A stretch of 64,000 nt of DNA, taken from positions 160,001 to 224,000 of the IMG/VR virus record IMGVR_UViG_3300043093_000048. One strand, written 5' to 3'. How positions within the stretch are numbered: position 1 is the stretch's first letter; each line of letters starts with the position of its first letter. The DNA is from a virus (taxonomy: Duplodnaviria; Caudoviricetes). A program made the translations under genes and the position numbers. The notes below the pieces were generated by a model, which ran no database searches, was not told the origin of the DNA, and saw only the letters and a list, made by a program, of their open reading frames with translations. Shown in pieces: positions 50,801 to 58,579 of this stretch.

Positions 50801-51488
50801 AGCTTCAGCAACTGCAACTACGGCTACTTCAGATGCAGGTGTTGCTATTGGTGATTTATATGTAACATTAGAAGGTTATGTTGATGCTAAAGATGTTTTA
50901 TCACAATATGCTTCTGGAGATGATATATGGGATGGCGTTTCATCTTATAATTATGCGGATAGCTCGGATTATACATCTACCGCTGCTGCAAATTATGATC
51001 CAACAAGTAGTAGTGAAGATGACGAAACATCTACTGCAACTCCAACAGCTTCTAGCAGTTCTTCATCTACACCAACATCTAGTAGTACACCTTCTTCTAG
51101 TGATAGCACTTCTAGTTCTACTAGTAGTAGTACTCCATCATCTAGTAGTACACCTTCTTCTAGCGGTAGTACTTCTGGTTCTACTAATAATCCTACTACA
51201 ACAACCACTACTACAACTCCAACAGTATCTACGCCAACTGATAGCAATACATCTACAGAAATATATCAAAGTAATGGTACATTATATGTAGTAAATAATA
51301 TTGAATATGGAATTAAAGCTAATATAGCAGATATTCTAAAAGAATTTAATGAATTAAATGACATACAAGATGATAGCTTAGATATATTAAATGTAATATA
51401 TCAAAAATTATTAAAACGTAATGGAAAAAGTAAAAATACAAAAATTGATGGTTATGACTATTCTTTAAAGTATAGAAGATTCGTATAA
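44883..51488 (+). CDS. Giant tail/tape-measure-like lysin A: helical scaffold + C39-like C-half + GH73 glucosaminidase + SGNH hydrolase
   Basis: GSPVIL...HYVVATGYD...VVDS; SVTLAQSIIESGFG...HNWFG; WTGDSRT...GVN...DNLHY. Confidence 0.8.
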   Translation: MAGYKSSKELLDKGKNNLKEMSGQNKDLNETIASYSEEETRLNAPTSSRMQAIAVSEKFISSLQETSSLIEQTNSSLVGFKSALEGVASQATTATNCLLASNLVSLTQINSVLSAFRADFLINSSGGKADGTGYYDKNLLTQSLRDIKIQDRAVLSILKYVNKAANYANKSSNTVRSQLGNNTMAKDDDESNGIMDKLLGGLTQAKGLAGLGAFLQLAPGKGKVGKALNKIGGKAANFAQADTSSIGGLLESLMSDKQKAQILDPLKSLGMDLGNKNDPLSQMLGDFMKKNGLSKSKKEKEKDPKLVMTSLAPFADDIKDMVEVKVKAMHARPTSIPDYATPVWVVNSEEQTDYVKNKDKTKDKELTNKRIDEIFQGVANNTKDKFGNDLLTANYGENGVTYSGVLADKYSKGKKAVNARNELNDKQKASQKKVYDRNHEDSSWVDENGKIQKGGGDFKQAAEEFSKSRGAADNSGILGAAGSLLSGDTEGALNVALQSIMSGDGISGAFGYGKGLFNLGKSAFGGIKGSHKGGKKKGTGSKPYLVQVHDNERILGPDNVAEQTAINDTSKILGMTIGMLNYGISLTQMKNQLFIKYVNKEKFSPEELQTNNELLGADAIAQIGKVSDASEYLRTISDLKQKLSGKKQDRQLAERLDDGKQEKKKSLKDIVKEKLKDAEKKLKDKVQDFLGLKEEEEKKDKEDKEKKVDEKKDEIDQQSDAEVSEYQEEKAQEVEDQKEEAEKNAQAQVAANQEKIDQQVEDQEKAQEQEGQAQVAANQERINQEVKQKIEEDNENAEEKKKIIDKYENKINEVEKKSKMKALKIKIKGTKKALKEKMKGVKEAFDLSMLANIDLSNLSIDGIKEIIKDKINDIKRSLINKLKAKAKIILKSLTKKNLIETLKTEKTNLLERIKGMAHNASDIIETIGTGMGAAVDALEAVPIAGPALKLAAGIAAGTAVAGIGLAIKKAIDKGKEANVNADKETKKFEKTADKEKKKAEKEQEKKDKEKEKEENSKAKASTTQEKEKDDKDIDKTKDELDKFKTDDEKNGKAKPHKKGGLLGALLGGPKNDLLHYLNKNQIKALETGSKSKFANLMLKDPKKAANIIFMLNGGPMLLGFKDTKTEDLNNLESVTATNSNSNSSSSSKNTIWSKLKNKLSQKKLLSDDLSDEGYSENIDTAALQYEQTKNSANIISAFASGLGFAKLEDDSGTSLFTTTIRKTAQQEALTKNLGTATAASTTSTGTTAASTTSTDDDSSSSDNRFNGSKYIGYDEDGTWSNSTTNSDIDSSGYFSKSNSSSSKTLVTKILNNNWLKYKNDNNITDSTTTNGSSYPRKFLNSEYDKMYTAFISGVPFSGTTSKNYMHSKLASSISESDAWTVPDSIKNSDTEKNAVRDYINKKSGVKYTKYGLGISGLYGLGDENDEDFLDASGYALSKGYKEKDGGTYPQFFTDYLKKDNIEVENAGSVNKIKNRLASGSPVILMGKDESENGTTPYGAEPHYVVATGYDGKNIRVVDSESTNDYDIYNADKVLSHSSIKLGTTNSKKGKGRKVRSKSGRARKTSKNKKYDNKRTVGGSRTYSTTIIKSASDYGTSSSSKISNNYSKQNNSSRRVSNNRRKSYLKSGKGKYGRGYVEQINANPELLKGAQDGWTMYGILASVTLAQSIIESGFGTSNLAKNYHNWFGHTAGFASDKYMTGTYQGSHEWAVYASDGDCFRDHAYVLSGQSGNTRYMAAVGEADPRASITAIENGGYCEGDPNSYIDKVMNIIDSYNLTQFDVGEYNGVAAGSGAVVYSKTCWTGDSRTEQMANYFSDLEVYATKGGQTIDYFNQHYSEISDKEGYNIFCWYGVNGATASGAQKTAEAYNKLATDLKGKSQVFAGTIGHCPNGTGSGKVEGGAGQSIETQNEGVVTFNTELLQNLSSDIIVIDTYTYIKSLEDSMGAEAMTTDNLHYTKECSQKIREYVNQQIQAASATATTATSDAGVAIGDLYVTLEGYVDAKDVLSQYASGDDIWDGVSSYNYADSSDYTSTAAANYDPTSSSEDDETSTATPTASSSSSSTPTSSSTPSSSDSTSSSTSSSTPSSSSTPSSSGSTSGSTNNPTTTTTTTTPTVSTPTDSNTSTEIYQSNGTLYVVNNIEYGIKANIADILKEFNELNDIQDDSLDILNVIYQKLLKRNGKSKNTKIDGYDYSLKYRRFV
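45480..45683 (+). repeat. 204-bp identical direct repeat, copy 1 (copy 2 at 52146-52349)
   Basis: Direct sequence comparison. Confidence 0.85.
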
Positions 51489-51512
51489 TTATTGAGATAG
51501 GAGTGATAAGAT

Positions 51513-54500
51513 ATGGCAAATATGAAATCTTCAAAACAGACAGCTAATCAAGCTACTAACAATCTTGATCCAAATATGAGTAAAATAGCTGAGCAAACAA
51601 GTGCTATAGCATCAAGCTTATCTCAACAAAGTAGTTCGATTCAAGCTTTAAAAGATTCTATATCTAGAAAAGAAGCTAGTGATGAAAAATCTAATAAACA
51701 AATTACTTCATCATTACAAAATTCTGATAAATATATACTTTCTATTAATACTAATTTAAAAAATATGAATCAAACAATAAGCTCTATGTCAAGTGTTGTA
51801 TCTAATATGACAATGAATAGTAGTGCTACAGTATCATTGTTAGGTTCTATTCAAACAAGTTTAGTACAAATTACAAGCGTATTAGCAGCTTTTAGATCAG
51901 ATTATTTATTAGTAAGTAGTGGTAATAAAGCAGATGGTACAGGTTATTATGATATGAACCTCTTAAAAGAAATTGGCAGTTCTTTAAGAGGTGTTAAAAG
52001 TGCTGAATTACAAAGACAAATTAGTTCAATTATTAAAGCTGCTAATTATGCTAATATGGCTTCTAATTCCGTTAGAAGTAAGCTTGGTAATAAAAATATG
52101 GCTAAAGATGGTGATGAACCAACAGGTGCTATAGATAAATTATTAGGTGGTTTAACACAAGCAAAAGGTCTTGCAGGTTTAGGAGCATTTCTACAATTAG
52201 CTCCAGGAAAAGGAAAGGTTGGTAAAGCTTTAAATAAAATAGGTGGTAAAGCTGCTAATTTTGCACAAGCTGATACATCTAGTATAGGTGGATTACTTGA
52301 ATCATTAATGTCTGATAAACAAAAAGCACAAATTTTAGATCCTTTAAAAAGTTTAGGAATGGACTTAAAAGGTAAAAATGATCCTTTAAGCCAAATGCTT
52401 GCTTCTTTTATGGATAAAAATGGATTATCAAAAGATAAAAAAGAAAAAGAAAAAGATCCTAATCTAGTTTGGTCGGCTTTAGCTCCTTTTGCAGATGATA
52501 TTAAAGATATGGTTGAAATGTCTTATGAAGGAGTTAAAAAAAGACCTAAAGCTATTCCTATATATGCTACACCTGTATGGGTGGTTAATAGTAAAGATCA
52601 AAATAATTATGTAGATCATTCTAAAGGAACTAATGAAAAAGATTTACTTAATAAAAGAATTGATGAAATATTCCAAGGTGTTGCTAATAATACTAAAGAT
52701 AAATTTGGTAATGATTTATTATCCATTAACCAAGGTGATAATGGTACAACATACTCTGGCGTATTAGCTGATAAATATAGTAAGGGTAAAAAAGCTGTTA
52801 ATGCTAGAAATGAATTAAATGATAAAAGAAATGCTGCTAATAAAAAAGTTTATGATAGAAATCATGAAGACTCTAGTTGGGTTGATGAAAATGGTAAAAT
52901 ACAAAAAGGTGGAGGAGATTTTAAACAAGCAACTGAAGAATTTAGCGGTATTAATGGTGCAGCAGGCAATTCTGGTATTTTAGGTGCAGCTGGTAGTTTA
53001 TTAAGTGGCGATACTGAAGGAGCTTTGAATGTAGCATTACAAAGTATAATGAGTGGTGATGGTATCTCTGGTGCTTTTGGTTACGGTAAAGGTTTATTTA
53101 AAATGGGAAAAGCTGCTTTTGGTGGCATTAAAGGTTCACATAAAGGTGGTAAAAAAGGTAAAGGTGTAGATCCACGTAAAAAAAATGATAAAAACTCTTA
53201 TGAAAATAGAGATGAAACTACTAATGAGCATGAAGTAACTCCTATTACTGCAGAAACTACTATTTTAAATGAAAAAGATACTAAAGAAGCTAAAACTAAT
53301 AGAGATATTTTAACAGGACAAATTACTGTAGCAGGTGCTATTAATGCTTTAGTAGATATGAGCACACAAGAAAATATTTATTTAAGTCAAGCTGTAAATG
53401 ATGGCAAAGTTGATCCAACTAAAGTTAAAAAATATCCAAGTTCTTTTGATAGTTTAATAAAATTAGCTTCTTCTTTAAAAATAGATAAAGCAGGTTTAAA
53501 AGCTATTAGTCAATTTAAAAAAGTTTCTGATTTAACTAAAGTTATTAAAAAACCTAAAAATAAAACTATGACAACTTCTGAATATTTTTATGGCAAAACT
53601 CCTGAAGAATTAGAAGAAGAAAATAATGAAAAAGAAGGAGAAGAAAAGAAAGAAACTCCACTCGAAAAACTTATGAATAAAATTAATGACAAGAAAAAAG
53701 ATATTACTGATAAATTAAAGGATAAAGTTACAGGTAAATTAAAAGATAAAGTTATGCCTAAAGCTAAAGAATTAGGAAAAAAAGTATTAAATAAAGTTGA
53801 GAATAAGTTTGGAATGGCAGCAGGATCTGTAGGTAAAAAAATTAAATCTATGAAAGATATGAAAAAAAATTTTGAGGATAAAGTAGATAAAAAAGTAGAT
53901 GCTGCTCTTGATAAAGGTATGGATTTAGCTGCAAAAGGTGCTAAAAAAGTTGGTGGTGCTTTAGTAGGTCTTGGTAAAAAAATGGCTAATAAAATGAAAA
54001 AGAAAAAAGACCCAAATGCCGAACTTGAGAAAATGTATGAAGACCAATTAAAAGCTAAACAAGATGTTGGTGAAAAAGAAAAGGAAGCTGCAGAATATGC
54101 AGTAGCTAAAGAAAAGGAAGCTGCAGAAGATGCAGCAGCTAAAGAAAAAGAAACAGCACAGGAAATATCGGATGAAGAAAAGAAGGCTGCAGAAGAAAGA
54201 GAAAAAACTAGAAAAGAAAATGAAGAAAAGCTTAAAGAAAAAAGAGAACAAGCACAGAAACAAGAAATAGAACATGAACAAGCTGCTGCAGATGCTGAAC
54301 TAGCAGTTAAAACAACAACTGCTGAAACTGAAGGAGCAGTTCAAGAAGCTGCTGCTACTGGTGAATCTGGTTTTAGTATTACTGGTGCTATTAAAAATGC
54401 TATAACAAAAGTTTCTGGTTTGCCATTGCCTGCTAAAATAGCATTAGGTGCTGCTGGTGTTGCTGCAGTAGGTGCTTTAGGAGCAAAGTTAATTAAGAAA

Positions 54501-57500
54501 ATTAAAAAAATGGCATCAGGCAAAGGTGGAAAAGGTTCTGGAGATTCTGGTGGCAGTGAAGCAAAAGCTTCAGTTAGTAAAGATGCTACAAAAGCTGCTA
54601 AAAAAGAACAAAAGAAACAAGAAAAAGAACAAAAGAAACAAGAAAGAAAAGAAAAAAGAGAAAAAGCTAAAAAGAAAATAAAAAGAGGTGCAAGATCTTT
54701 TCTTAATAGATTAACTGGTGGATTAACTGCTGCAAAAGTTTATGTAGATGAAAATGGTGATGTTTTAAAATCTAAAGGTGACGAACCAATCATGATGTTA
54801 GATGATAATGGCGATGAAACAGACCAAACTTTAAATGTTAAAGATAGTGATGGTAAAAAGCAGTTTCTTAAAAGATTAATGAAAAGAGAATTTAAAATAG
54901 ATAAAGGTAAAGCTCTTAAACAAGCTTTAAATAAAATTAAAAATAAAGCTAAAGAAAAAATAGAAGCTGCTAAAGAAAAAATATCTGAAGGTAAAGAAAA
55001 TGCTAAATCTTCTTTAAAAAAAGGTCTTGGAATTGCAGGAAAAATAGGTCTTGGATTAATAGGTGGTCCAGGTGCTTTAATTGCAGGTGGTTTAGCTAAA
55101 AAAGCTATTGGTGGATTAACTAAAAAGAAAAATGAAAAAGCCGATAAATTAAATCAATTATTATTAATGTCATCTTCTGCTTATTTATTCATGGATTCTA
55201 AACTTCAAGAACAATTAGAAAATATTGAAAATAGTGATTTTGGTAAATTAATAAATGAAAATCCACAACAAGCTTCTAGCTTATTATTTAGTACTGCTGC
55301 AAGTAGTCTTAATAGTATAATTAGTGGTGTATCAGATGTTACAAGTGATTTATCGTCTGTTGTAAGTAGCTTAGTCGATAAGGTTACTGGTGATGATGAA
55401 GAAACTAAAGCTAAGTCTGCATATTCTTCAGACTTATCGGATGGCTCTTTCAGTGAAAGTGCTACAGTTGCTTATGCACAGATGAATGAACGTAATAATA
55501 ATAATGAAGTATTAAACTCTTTTGCTAAAAGTATAGTCGGAACAGCTTCTACTGCTAGTGATAATGGTAATGCAATGACTACTTCTAAATTAGTTAATTC
55601 AGAAAGAAAAAATAATGCTGTAAAAATTGGTGTAGTAGATGGTGTGGCAGGAAGTTCAGCAACAGCTTCTAGCGGTAATGGTGGTGCAGGTGTCTTAGCT
55701 GCAACAGCTCAAGTCTGTGTAGCTTATAACAACGCAGGTATTACTGGTAAAGAAGGTGACTATAATCAAGATGGCTTAACCCTTGATATTAATGTTGGTG
55801 GGCAAACTATTAATACTAGACCTGACTGTACTGGTTTGATTGATGCTGTACTTGAATATATGGGTTATGATTCTGAAAAAATGAATTCTCTTAAATTTAA
55901 AGAATGCTCAGGTATTAAAGACTCTTCTGGTAATATTTCTACAGACTGGACTCTTATTGATAGCCCTGAATTAACTGATATTCAAGCAGGCGATATTTGT
56001 ATCGTAAATAGTAATGGTAATCACCATGGTGAAATTGCTGCTGGTCCTATTGATGATAGTGGTACATTATATGGATTTAACTATGGTTGGGAAACAGGTA
56101 TGAAAAGATCAAATGCTGCTGCAGCAGAAGCTTTAGCAGGCACTGATTATTTAACTGCTTGTATTAACAATAGTTCTACAATTAATGGACATAAATATTA
56201 TGACCGTATTATTAGATATAATGTTGCTACAACTACTAACTCTAATTCATCTTCTTCTGCTTCTGTATCAGCAGGTATGTCAGCTGATACATTCTTTATT
56301 AATGATTTAGGATTAGATTCTTCTAATCCAACATCTAGAGGATTCTCTGCACATAAAGGTACTGACTATAGAGCAGCTTCTGGTACAGCAGTTCATACAC
56401 CAACAGGTGGTACTGTTGTTAAAGCTACTAAGGATCAAGCATCTATTTCATCATCTATGGGTAGATATGTAATAATTAAAGATAATGATGGTAACTATTG
56501 GAGATATATGCATTTTAGCGCTATACCTTCTGTTGCTACTGGAGATAGTTTAACACCTGGTCAACTTATTGGTTATTCAGGTGGAGATACTAGTGACCCT
56601 TATAGAGGTGATTCTACTGGAGCACATCTTCACGTAGACTTATCATCATCAAGCACAGTTGATGGCAAGAATAATAATATGATGGATGTACAAAAGTATA
56701 CTTTAACTGGTAAAGGTAGATCAAGTAATAATCATATTTATCAAAGAGATTATTCTAATTATATTTATAATACCGATAAAGACTCTGAATTACAAACATT
56801 AGGTGACTCTGGTTGTGGACCTGCTGCAGCAACTGCTGTTAAAAGATATTATGTCGGAAGAGGTCTTAAGAAGTATGGTGGAGATAAAGAAGATGATACA
56901 ACTACAACTGATACAACAACAGCAACTGCTTCTGAAGATACAACTGATACAAATACTGCAACAGATAGTACAGCAGATGCATCTACAACACAAAAAACTG
57001 CAACTGTTGGTGAATCAGTAACAGTTGTTGATGAGAAATTTAATCATACTTATGAATTAACTTTACAACAATGTCATATAGATGTATGGAATGGAATAAA
57101 AGCTGCAGGACTTACTGACGAAGCTGCTTGTGGTGTTTTAGGTAACTTTCTATCAGAATGTGGTAGCGGTGACTGGAACGAAGAAGTTGCTAAAGGTAAA
57201 ACAGGTTATGGCGGTGGTCTTATGCAATGGACTCCTTATACTAAGCACCAAAATTGGTGTACTTCAAATGGTTATAGTGGTAAAGATACTACAATGGAAG
57301 CAAATATAGCTCATGTCGTTTATGCTTTACAAAATGAAGGTAACTTCTCAAATCCAGCAAGTGCTGATCCTTCTTTAGCTTCACAAGGTTATAATCCTGT
57401 AAGTTCTTATGAAGAATTTAAAGCTTTAACTAGTGTAGAAGATGCAGCAGTTAACTATGAAAGAATTTACGAAGTATCATATAACTGGAATGGTAAAACT

Positions 57501-58508
57501 AGCGAAAATGCACATGCTCTTGAAGATTGGGAAATGTATGATAGACCTAGAGTATATCACGCTATATGTTTCTATAATTTACTCTGTGGTACATATAAAG
57601 GCGGTACAACATCAGGTTCTACTTCTGCTGTTTCAGGAAATCTTGGTTTAACTGGTTATATTAATTTAATTACAGATAGCGCAGTTGATGGTTCTTCATT
57701 ATCTAGCTATTTATCTGGTTCTAATATCTGGGATACATCTTCAAGTTCATCTTCAGATAGTAGTGATGGTAGTACAGATAGTAGTACAACTTCAACTGAT
57801 AGTAATTCATCTTCAGGGTCTGGTAGAGGAAAACGAAGATTTGCTAGAAGTCATAAAAGAAATGGAAAAGGTAAATATGGTTTTGGTATTACAAGTGAAG
57901 ATTCAGTAGGATTTGCTAATACACACTTCGTTGCAGCAGGTAGTGATGATGATTCTTCAACAGATAGCACAACTTCTTCAAGTAGTTCTTCTAGTGATAG
58001 TTCTTCATCAGCATCTCCTTCAAGTAGTTCTTCTTCAAGCAGTAGTAGCTCATCATTAAATAATACATCAAGCAGTAGTACAAATTCATCTAATAATAAT
58101 AGTAGTAGTTCTTCAAGTAGTAGTACTCCTTCTACAAATTCATCTAATAGTTCTTCATTAAGTGCAACAATAGATTCTTATATTAAAAATAAAATGACAC
58201 TAACTGATGTAGATAGTAATGGTAATAAATCTTCAACTACTAATATATATACTAGTGATAATAAAACTACTTTAACAACTAATGGTAAAACTACTATAGT
58301 AATTTGTAATAATTTTGCTGAAAAATCAACAACTGATTTAAGTAATATATTAACTAATTTTAAACGTTTAAATGGAACACAAAACAATGCATTAAAAGTA
58401 TTAAACGCTATTTCAGATTTAATTAAAGAAGAAAATACTAGCGAAGATGGAATAACTAAATTAAGATTAGATAATGATGGATTAGATTATATATTAAAAG
58501 GATTATAA
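51513..58508 (+). CDS. Giant tail/tape-measure-like lysin B: paralogous scaffold + NlpC/P60 + M23 + C39-like N-half + phage tail lysozyme
   Basis: PDCTGLI...GDI...HHGEI; HKGTDY...YMH...STGAHLH; YQRD...DSGCGPAA; EAACGVLGNFLSEC...GLMQWT. Confidence 0.82.
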   Translation: MANMKSSKQTANQATNNLDPNMSKIAEQTSAIASSLSQQSSSIQALKDSISRKEASDEKSNKQITSSLQNSDKYILSINTNLKNMNQTISSMSSVVSNMTMNSSATVSLLGSIQTSLVQITSVLAAFRSDYLLVSSGNKADGTGYYDMNLLKEIGSSLRGVKSAELQRQISSIIKAANYANMASNSVRSKLGNKNMAKDGDEPTGAIDKLLGGLTQAKGLAGLGAFLQLAPGKGKVGKALNKIGGKAANFAQADTSSIGGLLESLMSDKQKAQILDPLKSLGMDLKGKNDPLSQMLASFMDKNGLSKDKKEKEKDPNLVWSALAPFADDIKDMVEMSYEGVKKRPKAIPIYATPVWVVNSKDQNNYVDHSKGTNEKDLLNKRIDEIFQGVANNTKDKFGNDLLSINQGDNGTTYSGVLADKYSKGKKAVNARNELNDKRNAANKKVYDRNHEDSSWVDENGKIQKGGGDFKQATEEFSGINGAAGNSGILGAAGSLLSGDTEGALNVALQSIMSGDGISGAFGYGKGLFKMGKAAFGGIKGSHKGGKKGKGVDPRKKNDKNSYENRDETTNEHEVTPITAETTILNEKDTKEAKTNRDILTGQITVAGAINALVDMSTQENIYLSQAVNDGKVDPTKVKKYPSSFDSLIKLASSLKIDKAGLKAISQFKKVSDLTKVIKKPKNKTMTTSEYFYGKTPEELEEENNEKEGEEKKETPLEKLMNKINDKKKDITDKLKDKVTGKLKDKVMPKAKELGKKVLNKVENKFGMAAGSVGKKIKSMKDMKKNFEDKVDKKVDAALDKGMDLAAKGAKKVGGALVGLGKKMANKMKKKKDPNAELEKMYEDQLKAKQDVGEKEKEAAEYAVAKEKEAAEDAAAKEKETAQEISDEEKKAAEEREKTRKENEEKLKEKREQAQKQEIEHEQAAADAELAVKTTTAETEGAVQEAAATGESGFSITGAIKNAITKVSGLPLPAKIALGAAGVAAVGALGAKLIKKIKKMASGKGGKGSGDSGGSEAKASVSKDATKAAKKEQKKQEKEQKKQERKEKREKAKKKIKRGARSFLNRLTGGLTAAKVYVDENGDVLKSKGDEPIMMLDDNGDETDQTLNVKDSDGKKQFLKRLMKREFKIDKGKALKQALNKIKNKAKEKIEAAKEKISEGKENAKSSLKKGLGIAGKIGLGLIGGPGALIAGGLAKKAIGGLTKKKNEKADKLNQLLLMSSSAYLFMDSKLQEQLENIENSDFGKLINENPQQASSLLFSTAASSLNSIISGVSDVTSDLSSVVSSLVDKVTGDDEETKAKSAYSSDLSDGSFSESATVAYAQMNERNNNNEVLNSFAKSIVGTASTASDNGNAMTTSKLVNSERKNNAVKIGVVDGVAGSSATASSGNGGAGVLAATAQVCVAYNNAGITGKEGDYNQDGLTLDINVGGQTINTRPDCTGLIDAVLEYMGYDSEKMNSLKFKECSGIKDSSGNISTDWTLIDSPELTDIQAGDICIVNSNGNHHGEIAAGPIDDSGTLYGFNYGWETGMKRSNAAAAEALAGTDYLTACINNSSTINGHKYYDRIIRYNVATTTNSNSSSSASVSAGMSADTFFINDLGLDSSNPTSRGFSAHKGTDYRAASGTAVHTPTGGTVVKATKDQASISSSMGRYVIIKDNDGNYWRYMHFSAIPSVATGDSLTPGQLIGYSGGDTSDPYRGDSTGAHLHVDLSSSSTVDGKNNNMMDVQKYTLTGKGRSSNNHIYQRDYSNYIYNTDKDSELQTLGDSGCGPAAATAVKRYYVGRGLKKYGGDKEDDTTTTDTTTATASEDTTDTNTATDSTADASTTQKTATVGESVTVVDEKFNHTYELTLQQCHIDVWNGIKAAGLTDEAACGVLGNFLSECGSGDWNEEVAKGKTGYGGGLMQWTPYTKHQNWCTSNGYSGKDTTMEANIAHVVYALQNEGNFSNPASADPSLASQGYNPVSSYEEFKALTSVEDAAVNYERIYEVSYNWNGKTSENAHALEDWEMYDRPRVYHAICFYNLLCGTYKGGTTSGSTSAVSGNLGLTGYINLITDSAVDGSSLSSYLSGSNIWDTSSSSSSDSSDGSTDSSTTSTDSNSSSGSGRGKRRFARSHKRNGKGKYGFGITSEDSVGFANTHFVAAGSDDDSSTDSTTSSSSSSSDSSSSASPSSSSSSSSSSSSLNNTSSSSTNSSNNNSSSSSSSSTPSTNSSNSSSLSATIDSYIKNKMTLTDVDSNGNKSSTTNIYTSDNKTTLTTNGKTTIVICNNFAEKSTTDLSNILTNFKRLNGTQNNALKVLNAISDLIKEENTSEDGITKLRLDNDGLDYILKGL
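52146..52349 (+). repeat. 204-bp identical direct repeat, copy 2
   Basis: Identical to 45480-45683. Confidence 0.85.
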
Positions 58509-58513
58509 TAAAA

Positions 58514-58547
58514 ATAAGCTTAAAGGAATCCATTTCCTTTAAGCTTA
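58514..58547 (+). terminator. Hairpin (terminator or processing site)
   Basis: TAAGCTTAAAGGAA/TTCCTTTAAGCTTA with weak U tract. Confidence 0.6.
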
Positions 58548-58579
58548 TAATTAAATTTAAATTGAAGGGAGTAATTAAT

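Noticed and set aside
46184-58387. Many short antisense or alternate-frame ORFs inside the giant genes (also 379-594, 6015-6482, 62089-62685 and others)
   Set aside because: Shadows of biased codon usage and low-complexity K/E/S tracts; no RBS or motifs.
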